Source: Dendrobates tinctorius
Taxonomy: Eukaryota
Length of the DNA: 64,000 bases
Direction of reading: 5' to 3'
Assembly (NCBI RefSeq): GCF_039654945.1
Contig: NW_027361924.1
Span: forward strand, 10,664,001 to 10,728,000
Shown: positions 25,357 through 53,136 of the stretch, piece by piece
Numbering within the stretch: the first letter of the stretch is position 1
Layout of the letters: each line of letters begins with the position of its first letter
The notes under the pieces: generated by a model
The model's input: only the letters and a program-made list of their open reading frames with translations
What the model was told of the DNA's origin: nothing
Databases searched by the model: none
Made by a program: the position numbers and the translations under genes

Positions 25357-25589
25357 GTGAGTGCAGGTTATGTGGCTGCGGGGTCCGCGATCCCTCGTGG
25401 GCCTCTGGGCCTATAAAGGAACCCCAGGCCAAAAAATAAGGACCTGTGCAGATGGTGCGCCGTGCTGCACAATTTACAGGGGGTGCAGAAGATGCAGTTG
25501 CACCTGGGCTCTGGTATCACAGGACAGCAGAACTATCACTGACATGGGGTCCGGATAAACGTTTACCCCGAGCAGCGCGTCGGGGTGTG

Positions 25590-25712
25590 GACATTAGTAA
25601 GGAGGCGCACTAGGTCCAGCGACATTAGTAAGGAGGCGCACTAGGTCCAGCGACATTAGTAAGGAGGCGCACTAGGTCCAGCGACATTAGTAAGGAGGCG
25701 CACTAGGTCCAG
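25590..25712. repeat. 4 x 31-bp tandem repeat (also at ~29396-29519)
   Basis: gacattagtaaggaggcgcactaggtccagc units. Confidence 0.9.
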
Positions 25713-25864
25713 AGGGGTCCTGAATGCTTTATAGCAACCTCTACCTCACTTATAGGGAGCTGCATTTTTAAGGGTTAATGCTACAGGAAACTAGATGTAG
25801 GGAAAGTTTACACTGGAAATTCTTAGTGAGATTTCTGGATATAAACACATGAATATGCAGCCGC

Positions 25865-26370
25865 GATCAGTGATCCATCTTATATCCCGCAGGGTGATCA
25901 GTGATCATCTTATATATCACGCAGGGTGATCAGTGATCATCTTATATCACGCAGGGTGATCAGTGATCATCTTATATCCCGCAGGGTGATCAGTGATCAT
26001 CTTATATACCGCAGGGTGATCAGTGATCATCTTATATCCAGCAGGGCGATCAGTGATCATCTTATATCCCGCAGGGTGATCAGTGATCATCGTATATCCT
26101 GCAGGGCGATCAGTGACCATCTTATATCCCGCAGGGTGATCAGTGACCATCTTATATATCCCGCAGGGTGATCAGTGATCATCTTATATCCCGCAGGGCG
26201 ATCAGTGATCATCTTATATCCCGCAGGGTGATCAGTGATCATCTTATATCCCGGAGGGTGATCAGTGATCATCTTATATATCCCGCAGGTTGATCAGTGA
26301 TCATCTTATATCCCGCAGGGTGATCAGTGATCATCTTATATCCCGCAGGGTGATCAGTGATCATCTTATA
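25865..26370. repeat. 30-bp minisatellite (gatcagtgatcatcttatatcccgcagggt), short copy
   Basis: Tandem units with TGATCA palindromes. Confidence 0.95.
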
Positions 26371-28523
26371 TTCTATTCAGGGGGACAGTGTGGGGCATAT
26401 TCTATTCAGGGGACACAGTGTGGGGCATATTCTATTCAGGGGGCACAGTGTGGGGTATATTCTATTCATGGGGCACAGTGTGGGGCATATTCTATTCAGG
26501 GGGCACAGTGTGGGGTATATTCTATTCAGGGGGCACAGTGTGGGGTATATTCTATTCAGGGGGCACAGTGTGGGGTATATTCTATTCATGGGGCACAGTG
26601 TGGGGTATATTCTATTCATCGGGCACAGTGTGGGGCATATTCTATTCAGGGGGCACAGTGTGGGGCATATTCTATTCAGGGGGCACAGTGTGGGGCATAT
26701 TCTATTCAGGGGGCACAGTGTGGGGTATATTCTATTCAGGGGGTACAGTGTGGGGCATATTCTATTCAGGGGGCACAGTGTGGGGTATATTCTATTCAGG
26801 GGGCACAGTGTGGGGTATATTCTATTCAGGGGGCACAGTGTGGGGCATATTCTATTCAGGGGGCACAGTGTGGGCTATATTCTATTCAGGGGGCACAGTG
26901 TGGGGTATATTCTATTCAGGGGGCACAGTGTGGGATATATTCTATTCATGGGGCACAGTGTGGGCATATTCTATTCAGGGGCACAGTGTGGGGCATATTC
27001 TATTCAGGGGGCACAGTGTGGGGCATATTCTATTCAGGGGGCACAGTGTGGGGCATATTCTATTCAGGGGGCACAGTGTGGGCTATATTCTATTCAGGGG
27101 GCACAGTGTGGGGTATATTCTATTCAGGGGGCACAGTGTGGGATATATTCTATTCATGGGGCACACTGTGGGGTATATTCTATTCATGGGGCACAGTGTG
27201 GGGCATATTCTATTCAGGGGGCACAGTGTGGGGCATATTCTATTCAGGGGGCACAGTGTGGGGCATATTCTATTCAGGGGGCACAGTGTGGGCATATTCT
27301 ATTCAGGGGCACAGTGTGGGGTATATTCTATTCAGGGGCACAGTGTGGGGTATGTTCTATTCAGGGGTACAGTGTGGGTTTTTTTTCTATCCAGGGGGCA
27401 CAGTGTGGCGCATATTCTATTCAGGTGGCACAGTGTGGGGTATATTCTATTTAGAGGGAACAGTGTGGGGTATATTCTATTTAGGGGGCACAGTGTGGGG
27501 TATATTCTATTCAGGGGGCACAGAGTGGGGTATATTCTATTTAGAGGTAACAGTGTGGGGTATATTCTATTTAGGGGGCACAGTGTGGGGTATATTCTAT
27601 TCAGGGGGCACAGTGTGGGGTATATTCTATTCAGGGGGCACAGCGTGGGGTATATTCTATTTAGGGGGCACAGTGTGGGGCATATTCTATTCAGGGGGCA
27701 CAGTGTGGGCATATTCTATTCAGGGGCACAGTGTGGGGTATATTCTATTCAGGGGGCACAGTGTGGGGTATATTCTATTCAGGGGGCACAGTGTGGGGCA
27801 TATTCTATTCAGGGAGCACAGTGTGGGGTATATTCTATTTAGGGGGCACAGTGTGGGGTATGTTCTATTCAGGGGGCACAGTGTGGGCATATTCTATTCA
27901 GGGGCACAGTGTGGGGTATATTCTATTCAGGGGGCACAGTGTGGGGTATATTCTATTCAGGGGGCACAGTGTGGGGTATATTCTATTCAGGGGGCACAGT
28001 GTGGGGTATATTCTATTCAGGGGGCACAGTGTGGGGTATGTTCTATTCAGGGGGCACAGTGTGGGGCATATTCTATTTAGGGGGCAAAGTGTGGGGCATA
28101 TTCTATTCAGGGGGCACAGTGTGGGGTATATTCTATTTAGGGGGCACAGTGTGGGGTATGTTCTATTCAGGGGGCACAGTGTGGGGTATATTCTATTCAG
28201 GGGCACAGTGTGGGGCATATTCTATTCAGGGGCACAGTGTGGGGTATATTCTATTCAGGGGGCACAGTGTGGGGTATATTCTATTCAGGGGGCACAGTGT
28301 GGGGTTTATTCTAATCAGGGGGCACAGTGTGGGATATATTCTATTCATGGGGCACAGTGTGGGCATATTCTATTTAGGGGGCACAGTGTGGGGCATATTC
28401 TATTCAGGGGGCACAGTGTGGGGCATATTCTATTCAGGGGCACAGTGTGGGGTATACTATTCAGGGGGCACAGTGTGGGGCATATTCTATTCAGGGGGCA
28501 CAGTGTGCTGCATATTCTATTCA
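26371..28523. repeat. 30-bp G-rich minisatellite, second array
   Basis: Same unit as 17441-24717. Confidence 0.97.
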
Positions 28524-29122
28524 TCGACTGCTACCTGTCAGAGTTATTGCAGTATGTGAATGTGCTGGAAAAGAAGGAGCTGAAATCATCTGGGCGCTTG
28601 TCCGGATGACTCTTGGCCGGGAGAAGCCGTCATGAAGGTCTGGTTAAGGTGGAGAAGAAAAGGGAAGAGAATGACAGCAGGGAAGGCGTCATCCATAAGG
28701 TCACAGAATGGAGCTGACTGCGTCTGGTCAGTCCTGGGGTCTCTGCACGGTCTCCTGAGGGATGATATTCTTATAGAGACTTATCAGGGAACACATCTTG
28801 TGAGGGCCCCAGCGCGTATTACAAGGGCCCCCAGCCCTCACATCACCGGTCCATGCTGACACATTTCTCTGGGCATCTCCTGACTTCACCTGTGCCCAAT
28901 GTTCTAGGAACGAGTCCAACTTTTGGGAGTTCGTCTTTATTCTCCAGGTGGCCATTGGCTCTGCTTAACCGGCGCGCCCAAAATCTTATCCAAACACAGC
29001 CGATCCCTTCTTCCCATACAACCTGCCCCTTGGATACTGTGCTGAGTCACTGGGGCTGGCTGCAGTATAAGGAGCAGCTCCCTGTACACACTGATCCTGA
29101 CTGCGAAGCTGCACGGATCCTC

Positions 29123-35204
<6,082 letters not shown>

Positions 35205-35604
35205 ATGGGGGAAGATAAGAATTTGGGAGTTTTGGGGTTGTTTTGCAATTAAAACGTTATCAAAAAATCCCTGTGCATTCTTTATTGTTTCCTCCGGCTA
35301 AAGTCACACAATCTGCTGATCCTCATGCAAGGAGGGTCGGCCCTGGACATCTGACCAGTATGTGCTGGGCACGGCAATGGCTGCATGGCATGTGGGGCTC
35401 ACCTGAAGCACTGATGCCCAGCACACAGGAGATTATATGTCCCCCCGCCAGGCAGCACAAGACCCCGATATCAAGGAGAACGGCCAGCAGTCTAATGTGT
35501 ACGGAGGTCTCCAGATGATTTCGGAGGAGATAAGAATCCGGCCAGGTAAATTTCCTGCTGATCCTTTCCTTTTGTTCTCCCTGGAGATAAGCATCTGCTA
35601 CAGG

Positions 35605-36800
35605 AGTCTGGAGATGAACAGAGGAGGCTGCAGGGGAACAAAAGGTTCTAGAGGGGAACAGAGGGGTCTGGAGGGGATGTAGGAATCGCCTGAAGGGGAA
35701 CAAAGGGGTCTGGGGGGGAATAGAAGGGTCTGGAGGGGAACAGAAGGGTCTGGAGGGGAACAGAGGGGTCTGGAGGGGATGTAGAAATCATCTGAAGGGG
35801 AACAGAGGGGTCTGTAGGGGAAACAGAGGGGTCTGGAGGGAAACAGAGGGGTCTGGAGGGGATGTAGGAATCGCCTGAAGGGGAACAAAGGGGGTCTGGA
35901 GGGGATGTAGGAATCGCCTGAAGGGGAACAGAGGGGTCTGGGGGGGAATAGAAGGGTCTGGAGGGGATGTAGAAATCGTCTGAAGGGGAACAGAGGGGTC
36001 TGGAGGGGATGTAGGAATCGCCTGAAGGGAAACAGAGGGGTCTGGGGGGGAACAGAAGGGTCTGGAGGGGAACAAAAGGGTCTGGAGGGGAACAGAAGGG
36101 TCTGGAGGGGAACAGAGGGGTCTGGAGGGGATGTAAAAATCATCTGAAGGGGAACAGAGGGGTCTGTAGGGGAAACAGTGGGGTCTGTAGGGAAACAGAG
36201 GGGTCTGGAGGGGATGTAGGAATCGTATGGAGGGGAAAGGAGGAGTCTGGAGCGGATGGAGGAATAGTCTAGAGGGGATGTAGGATTTGTCTGAAGGAAA
36301 ACAAAGAAGTCTGGAGGGGATACAGGCATCATCTAGAAGGCAACAGGGGTCTGTGGGGTCTTGGAGGGGACAAAGGACTCTGGATGGCAACAGAGGTAGT
36401 CTGGAGGTGCTGTAGGAATCATCTGGAAGGGACAGAGGAGTCTGGAGGGGACAGAGGAGTTTGTGGGATCTTGAATGGGACAAAGGACTTTAGAGGAAAT
36501 GGAATATATCCTGGAAAGGAACAGAGGAGTCTGCAAAGGACATCAGATTCTTTTGGAGAAGAACGGAGTCTGAAGGGGACAGAGGTGTCTTCTGGAGAAG
36601 ATCGAGAGGACAGAGTGGTATGGAAAGAAAAGCAGTCTGGAGAGGACAGATTAATATGGGGAGGACAGAGAAGTTTTGGAAAGGAGTATGAGGGGTCCCA
36701 GGGGTCTCAAGAGGACAAATTAATTTGGAGAGTATAGTGAAGTCCTGGGGGACAGGAGTTAAGAGGGTACAAAAGCTTCAAGAGGGGATAGAGGAGTTTT
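35605..36800. repeat. Degenerate purine-rich minisatellite between the two NMRAL1 3' ends
   Basis: aggggtctggaggggaacag / ggggatgtaggaatc units. Confidence 0.85.
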
Positions 36801-37646
36801 GGCAGTGACTATTAGATAGAAAACACTGGAACACTTGGTCGATTTGCACGTTCTTATTTATGGAGGAGATGGCTCAGTCTTTTCGGGTGGGTCCAGATTT
36901 GGGGGCATTTTTCCGACAAACAATTTTAAGTGCTGACAGACTCTATAATTATGTGTCACCCTAAAATGCAAAACCATACTTGCCAACTTAAAGGACGGAA
37001 TTAATGTTTCTCAATTTCAGAGGTTTCATGGTTAAGCCCCTTTTCCAGGAAACACCTCCTCTGTGCCAATAACATGCCTCCTCCACAACCCATCACCCAT
37101 GTCCTGAAGGTAAACGTTGGAGATCCTCAACATCATGGTAGAAAACTAACTGGAGCTCAGTTTTCCAGAGAAGTTCAGCAGCGCTTGAGGCATTTGCCAT
37201 CTCTACCTGGAGATGGGGAGGTTTAGTTATCGGCTCCAGGCAGCGCTCCGCTCCCTTCCTTTATAGCAGCCGCCCTTTGCTGTACTCCACGTTGGGTTTC
37301 ACAAGTTGCCCGGCAAACCCCAATGATGGGATTACCCAAGGCCTTTTAATGCTGACATAGACATTCATGTGTCGGGAGTATTTAGTAAGCTTTGGGTTTA
37401 GTTATCCCTCACCATTTTTCCTGCCAGCCTACACAACCAGTCAGTGGTAACTCCGAGGACTTAGCCCAAGGACCCAAAGGAAGTCCACATCCTAGGAAAG
37501 AGTTGGGAGACCTCCTCACGCATCAGTGCAGCAGGATATGTAAAAAGACGTAAATTTGGCTGACATGTTTCTAATGTGTACAAGGCCCTAACAAAAAACA
37601 GTAAACCCAGCAGGTTATGAAGACTTTATTGTAGGGGACAGTGACA

Positions 37647-45593
<7,947 letters not shown>

Positions 45594-45983
45594 GGTTTAG
45601 CGGGTCGGTACAGATGGGTCGATATGAAGCCTTCTCCTCCACTGTCTTCTCTCTTATACTCGATCGCTGTGAGTCAGAGGACAAACAATGCCCAGGTGCA
45701 GACAGAACCCAGGGGCGCAGCTCATTTTTGTAAGCGGTCCAGCCAACCAGATCCACGACTCTTAAGTCTCCAGTATTTACTGAGGAGCCCAGAGATGGCC
45801 GCGAACAATCCCTCCACCCCGAAACTGAGCTGCACGACCCGACCTCAGATTGTCCTTAGTTCACCCGCACAACCAGCTCTCCTAATACAACAGGGCCGAC
45901 AACAGCCGAAATCTCAGGTACACAAGTGGTCACAGTCTCTGACCAACACTGGTGGGGACCAAACACCCAACACTCCCCGACTA

Positions 45984-48900
45984 TGTATCTAATCCTCTCC
46001 TGTGTGATACTGACTGCTGAGCCGTGTATCTAATCCTATCCTGTGTGATACTGACTGTTGAGCCATGCATCTAATCCTATCCTGTGTGATACTGTCTGCT
46101 GAGCCGTGTATCTAATCCTTTCCTGTGTGATACTGACTGTTGAGCCGTGTATCTAATCCTATCCTGTGTGATACTGACTGCTGAGCGGTGTATCTAATCC
46201 TATCCTGTATGATACTGACTGCTGAGCCGTGTATCTAATCCTCTCCTGTGTGATACTGACTGCAGAGCCGTGTATCTAATCCTCTCCTGTGTGATACTGA
46301 CTGTTGAGCCGTGTATCTAATCCTATCCTGTGTGATACTGACTGCTGAGCCGTGTATCTAATCCTATCCTGTGTGATACTGACTGTTGAGCCGTGCATCT
46401 AATCCTATCCTGTGTGATACTGTCTGCTGAGCCGTGTATCTAATCCTTTCCTGTGTGATACTGACTGTTGAGCCGTGTATCTAATCCTATCCTGTGTGAT
46501 ACTGACTGCTGAGCGGTGTATCTAATCCTATCCTGTATGATACTGACTGCTGAGCCGTGTATCTAATCCTCTCCTGTGTGATACTGACTGCAGAGCCGTG
46601 TATCTAATCCTCTCCTGTGTGATACTGACTGCTGAGCCGTGTATCTAATCCTATCCTGTGAGATACTGACTGCTGAGCCGTGTATCTAATCCTCTCCTGT
46701 GTGATACTGACTGCTGAGCCGTGTATCTAATCCTCTCCTGTGTGATACTGACTGCTGAGCCGTGTATCTAATCCTATCCTGTGTGATACTGACTGCTGAG
46801 CCGTGTATCTAATCCCCTCCTGTGTGATACTGACTGCTGAGCTGTGTATCTAATCTTGTCCTGTGTGATACTGTCTGCTGAGCCGTGTATCTAATCCTCT
46901 CCTGTGTGATACTGACTGCTGAGCCGTGTATCTAATCCTATCCTGTGTGATACTGACTGCTGAGCCGTGTATCTATACCTCTCCTGTGTGATACTGACTG
47001 CTGAGCCGTGTATCTAATCCTCTCCTGTGTGATACTAACTGCTAAGCCGTGTATCTAATCCTATCCTGTGTGATACTGACTGCTGAGCCGTGTATCTAAT
47101 CCTCTCCTGTGTGATACTGACTGCTGAGCCGTGTATCTAATCCTCTCCTGTGTGATACTGACTGCTGAGCCGTGTATCTAATCTTATCCTGTGTGATACT
47201 GACTGCTGAGCCGTGTATCTAATCCTCTCCTGTGTGATACTGACTGCTGAGCCGTGTATGAAATCCTATCCTGTGTGATACTGACTGCTGAGCCGTGTAT
47301 CTAATCCTATCCTGTGTGATACTGACTGCTGAGCCGTGTATCTAATCTTATCCTGTGTGATACTGACTGCTGAGCCGTGTATCCAATCCTATCCTGTGTG
47401 ATACTGACTGATGAGCTGTTTATCTAATCCTATCCTGTGTGATACTGACTGCTGAGCCGTGTATCTAATCCTCTCCTGTGTGATACTGACTGCTGAGCCG
47501 TGTATCTAATCCTATCCTGTGTGATACTGTCTGCTGAGCCGTGTATCTAATCTTCTGTGTGATACTGTCTGCTGAGCCGTGTATCTAATCCTATCCTGTG
47601 TGATACTGACTGCTGAGCCGTGTATCTAATCCTTTCCTGTGTGATACTGGCTGCTGAGCCGTGTATCTAATCCTATCCTGTGTGATACTGTCTGCTGAGC
47701 TGTGTATCTAATCCTATCCTGTGTGACACTGACTGCTGAGCTGTGCATCTAATCCTATCCTTTGTGATACTGTCTGCTGAGCCGTGTATCTAATCCTCTC
47801 CTGTGTGATACTGTCTGCTGAGCCGTGTATCTAATCCTATCCTGTGTGATACTGACTGCTGAGCCGTGTATCTAATCCTCTGCTGTGTGATACTGACTGC
47901 TCAGCCGTGTATCTAATCCTATTCTGTGTGATACTGACTGCTGAGCCGTGTATCTAATCCTCTCCTGTGTGATACTGACTGCTGAACCGTGTATCTAATC
48001 CTCTCCTGTGTGATACTGACTGCTGAACCGTGTATCTAATCCTCTCCTGTGTGATACTGACTGCTAAGCCGTGTATCTAATCCTCTCCTGTGTGACACTG
48101 ACTGCTGAGCCGTGTATCTCATCCTCTCCTGTGTGATACTGACTGCTGAGCCGTGTATCTAATCATATCCTGTGTGATACTGACTGCAGAGCCGTGTATC
48201 TAATCCTCTGCTGTGTGATACTGACTGCTGATCCGTGTATCTAATCCTATCCTGTGTGATACTGACTGCTGATCTGTGTATCTAATCCTATCCTGTGTGA
48301 TACTGACTGCTGAGCCGTGTATCTAATCCTATCCTGTGTGATACTGACTGCTGAGCTGTGCATTTAATCCTATCCTGTGTGATACTGTCTGCTGAGCCGT
48401 GTATCTAATCCTCTCCTATGTGATACTGTCTGCTGAGCCGTGTATCTAATCCTATCCTGTGATACTGACTGCTGAGCCGTGTATCTAATCCTATCCTGTG
48501 TGATACTGACTGCTGAGCAGTGTATCTAATCCTATCCTGTGTGATACTGACTGCTGAGCCGTGTATCTAATCCTATCCTGTGTGATACTGACTGTTGAGC
48601 CGTGTATCTAATCCTATCCTGTGTGATACTGTCTGCTGAGCCATGTATCTAATCCTCTCCTGTGTAACACTGACTGCCGAGCCGTGTATCTAATCCTATC
48701 CTGTGTGATACTGACTGCTGAGCCGTGTATCTAATCCTCTCCTGTGTGATAGTGACTCCTGAGCCGTGTATCTAATCCTCCCCTGTGTGATACTGACTGC
48801 TGAGCCGTGTATCTAATCCTCTCCTGTGTGATACTGACTGCTGAGCCGTGTATCTCATCCCCTCCTGTGTGATACTGTCTGCTGAGCCGTGTATCTAATC

Positions 48901-50377
48901 CTCTCCTTTGTGATACTGACTGCTGAGCCGTGTATCTAATCCTCTCCTGTGTGATACTGACTGCTGAGCCGTGTATCTAATCCCCTCCTGTGTGATACTG
49001 TCTGCTGAGCCGTGCATCTAATCCTCTCCTGTGTGATACTGACTGCTGAGCCATGTATCTAATCCTATCCTGTGTGATACTGACTGCTGAGCCGTGTATC
49101 TAATCCTCTCCTGTGTGATACTGACTGCTGAGCCGTGTATCTAATCCTCTCCTGTGTGATACTGACTGCTGAGCCGTGTATCTAATCCCCTCCTGTGTGA
49201 TACTGACTGCTGAGCCGTGTATCTAATCCCCTCCTGTGTGATACTGACTGCTGAGCCGTGTATCTAATCCTATCCTGTGTGATACTGACTGCTGAGCCGT
49301 GTATCTAATCCTATCCTGTGTGATACTGACTGCTGAGCTGTGTATCTAATCCTATCCTGTGTGATACTGACTGCTGAGCCGTGTATCTAATCCTATCCTG
49401 TGTGATACTGACTGCTGAGCCGTGTATCTAATCCTCTCCTGTGTGATACTGACTGCTGAGCCGTGTATCTAATCCTCTCCTGTGTGATACTGACTGCTGA
49501 GCCGTGTATCTAATCCCCTCCTGTGTGATACTGACTGCTGAGCCGTGTATCTAATCCTCTCCTGTGTGATACTGACTGCTGAGCCGTGTATCTAATCCTA
49601 TCCTGTGTGATACTGACTGCTGAGCCGTGTATCTAATCCCCTCCTGTGTGATACTGTCTGCTGAGCCGTGTATCTAATCCTCTCCTTTGTGATACTGACT
49701 GCTGAGCCGTGTGTCTAATCCTCTCCTGTGTGATACTGACTGCTGAGCCGTGTATCTAATCCTATCCTGTGTGATACTGTCTGCTGAGCCGTGTATCTAA
49801 TCCTATCCTGTGTGATACTGTCTGCTGAGCCGTGTATCTAATCCTCTCCTGTGTGATACTGACTGCTGAGCCGTGTATCTAATCCTCTCCTGTGTGATAC
49901 TGACTGCTGAGCCGTGTATCTAATCCCCTCCTGTGTGATACTGACTGCTGAGCCGTGTATCTAATCCCCTCCTGTGTGATACTGACTGCTGAGCCGTGTA
50001 TCTAATCCTATCCTGTGTGATACTGACTGCTGAGCCGTGTATCTAATCCTATCCTGTGTGATACTGACTGCTGAGCTGTGTATCTAATCCTATCCTGTGT
50101 GATACTGACTGCTGAGCCGTGTATCTAATCCTATCCTGTGTGATACTGACTGCTGAGCCGTGTATCTAATCCTATCCTGTGTGATACTGACTGCTGAGCC
50201 GTGTATCTAATCCTATCCTGTGTGATACTGACTGCTGAGCTGTGTATCTAATCCTATCCTGTGTGATACTGACTGCTGAGCCGTGTATCTAATCCTATCC
50301 TGTGTGATACTGACTGCTGAGCCGTGTATCTAATCCTATCCTGTGTGATACTGACTGCTGAGCCGTGTATCTAATCC
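45984..50377. repeat. 41-bp satellite, left part
   Basis: gagccgtgtatctaatcctatcctgtgtgatactgactgct units. Confidence 0.97.
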
Positions 50378-50836
50378 TGGGCGGGTGCATCAGACAGTGG
50401 CTCCGCCCACTTCCTCCCACAATCGTCCTCCCACTCACACACCCACCCCTTCACTTTTGCTGGGACCTGGGCGTTATAGCCGGCCTGTAGCTCCACCCAT
50501 TTCAGCCCAGCGTCACCGCATAGGCCCGCCCATCTCCAGTCCCACCCCTAATCCTTTGTTTAGGGACAGGCATCTGAGCCCCTAGATCCACCCAAGCAGC
50601 GTCCCATCTCTACTTCCTCCATGTCTGCAGCAATGGCAAGTCCTGTAGAGCAGCCTCTACAGAGGAGGCCGCCAGCCATCTCAGGTACACCCGGTCTGCA
50701 ACATCATCCCTGCGGGCGCAGCTCTGCCGCCAGTGCGGGATGACGTGGGATGCAGAAGAAACAATGCTGCGGCCGAGCGCACTGTCCGGACCAACCCGAC
50801 CGTTCAGCGCGCTCTGCTCCAACAACAAGGTGAAAC

Positions 50837-53136
50837 ATGTATAGCAAGCACAACACACTATACACCGCCGACCCTCCAATGAGACAATCCTGCTCTGCAC
50901 ACCCCACATCATTGGCGGACATAACGCCATCCTCCCTGCTAAACGCCACACAGACAGCAATCGCCCAGAGCCCTCTGAATATTCCTCTTCAACTGGTACC
51001 AGAAACTACCCTTAGGCAAACACCAAGTCAGCATATAAGCTCTAACCTTGGTAGTCGAAATTCCATACACCACAGGTCTTTATCCCCCTCCTCAGGGGAT
51101 TCCCATCACCATTCTCGCTGTCTCTCTGTCTATCGCTGTTCCCGTTTCAGTCAAAAGCGAAGCTCCAATAGAAGCCGTCACAGATCGCGGTCATCCAGGT
51201 GGCGGTCACCTTCTACTTCTGAACAGTCCGACGCACCCGAGAGTTGTCGCAGCAGGCGGTCGGGGGCATCCAGAAGACGGCGTACGAGATCTCCATCCCA
51301 GTCAGCCAGACGGAGGGCCTCCTCAACACCAATTGGGACCTCCGGTCAGATCGTGGTCGGAACCAGTGCGCAGCTATCATCGACAGCATATCCACCACGG
51401 GCAGACAGCAGCCATCAGCTGCCACATGCTCCACCATCATATCCACCACGGGCAGACAGCAGTCATCAGCTGCCACATGCTCCACCATCATATCCACCAC
51501 GGGCAGACAGCAGTCATCAGCTGCCACATGCTCCACCGTCATATCCACCACGGGCAGACAGCAGTCATCGGCTGCCACATGCTCCACCATCATACCCACC
51601 ACGGGCAGACAGCAGTCATCAGCTGCCACATGCTCCACCGTCATATCCACCACGGGCAGACAGCAGTCATCAGCTGCCACATGCTCCACCGTCATATCCA
51701 CCACGGGCAGACAGCAGTCATCAGCTGCCACATGCTCCACCGTCATATCCACCACGGGCAGACAGCAGTCATCAGCTGCCACATGCTCCACCGTCATATC
51801 CACCACGGGCAGACAGCAGTCATCGGCTGCCACATGCTCCACCATCATATCCACCACGGGCAGACAGCAGTCATCGGCTGCCACATGCTCCACCATCATA
51901 TCCACCACGGGCAGACAGCAGTCATCAGCTGCCACATGCTCCACCGTCATATCCACCACGGGCAGACAGCAGTCATCGGCTGCCACATGCTCCACCATCA
52001 TATCCACCACGGGCAGACAGCAGTCATCGGCTGCCACATGCTCCACCGTCATACCCACCACGGGCAGACAGCAGTCATCGGCTGCCACATGCTCCACCAT
52101 TGCCCACAAGCCGGGAAGAGCTATCACTTCAACCCATTTCAGGTTCCGTTTCTGATATGGAAGTCCAGCAACATCCAACGGGTCTTGGAGCGCAGAGTCA
52201 TCAAAGGTCACCAGTCATGGGCAGGACATCACCACCACCGGAGTCGGGGTACCTCCATCTCCTGGAGACTCTCGATCAGCGAGGAACAGCGGTGAGTTTG
52301 GCGTAATCAACGCATCTAATAATACACATGACGCTGTGGAAAACAGCCTGGTATCTGCTATCAGGGCGTTAGTTGACCACTTACACCAGCCGGGAGGTCA
52401 AACCATTACTAGGAATATACCTCAATTAGCTAGTTTACACAAAGATGCTTTTTTCTGTGGAATTAGTCCGCTAGGTACACACATAGACCAAGATACAAAA
52501 GAAAAAATTTGGAATAATGATTACGTTGACATACGGTCACTGTTATCAGCAGACCAGCAGTCAGTAGATAAGGAAAGGAGGACTGGCGAATGGTCATACG
52601 ATAGAAATAGAGGTAAAATAGCGCATACCATGAACAACTGGCTGCAGGCCTTCGCAGTCCTAGGATGTATCATGGGTCAAAAACACCCAGAACGCTGCTC
52701 TGAGTTATTCATATACCAGGATTTGATATATAACTCCTATAAGTCTCATGGCGGTGTTGCTTGGAGGCGCTATGACGAGGAGTTCCGCAGGAGGCTGGCC
52801 CTGCAACCAGATCTAGGATGGGGAGTAAAAGCCACAGATGTCTGGCTACGACTATTGCTTACACAAAAACACCCCCCCTTTTCATCATCGGCCACTAGTT
52901 TGTCAGCAGCCGCAGGCCAGAACTTAGTGGTCGTACGGAGACCAGGGGCCTGCTTGTTATACAATGAAGGAAACTGTCGCTTTCAGGCGGCATGCAGATA
53001 TAGACATCATTGTGCAACCTGCGGTGGCGGACACCCTGCATCAAGGTGTACACGCTTCGCAAACGCAAATTCTACGAGGCAAAACCCCGGTGAGCGTAGC
53101 CGCCATGGGCCCCTGGCTAAGCCTTTACCCCAATAA
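50837..53136 (+). CDS. Gag-like ORF1, split into two frames in this copy
   Basis: RS-rich and repeat-containing N-part (50837-52306). The C-part is open from 52156 to 53136 and has WLQAF..WRRYDEEFR and CLLYNEGNC..C..H-C..CGGGH..C zinc fingers. Confidence 0.65.
51388..52099 (+). repeat. 51-bp tandem repeat (~14 copies) inside gag
   Basis: atatccaccacgggcagacagcagtcatcagctgccacatgctccaccgtc units. Confidence 0.95.

Larger units (their letters stand above)
24718..25864 (+). repeat. Segmental duplication copy 1 (promoter + NMRAL1 exon 1)
   Basis: Nearly identical to 28524-29669; offset 3806 bp. Confidence 0.95.

Noticed and set aside
25047-25439. 130-aa ORF (and its duplicate 28853-29245) as a standalone gene
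   Set aside because: Only the 40-nt NMRAL1 exon inside it is supported; the rest is promoter and intron
17243-28609. Long ORFs (up to 927 aa) such as GHSVGHILFR repeats
   Set aside because: Stop-free translations of a 30-bp minisatellite, with frequent frame changes caused by 29-bp units
35598-36483. Pro-rich minus-strand ORFs
   Set aside because: Translation of a degenerate purine-rich minisatellite
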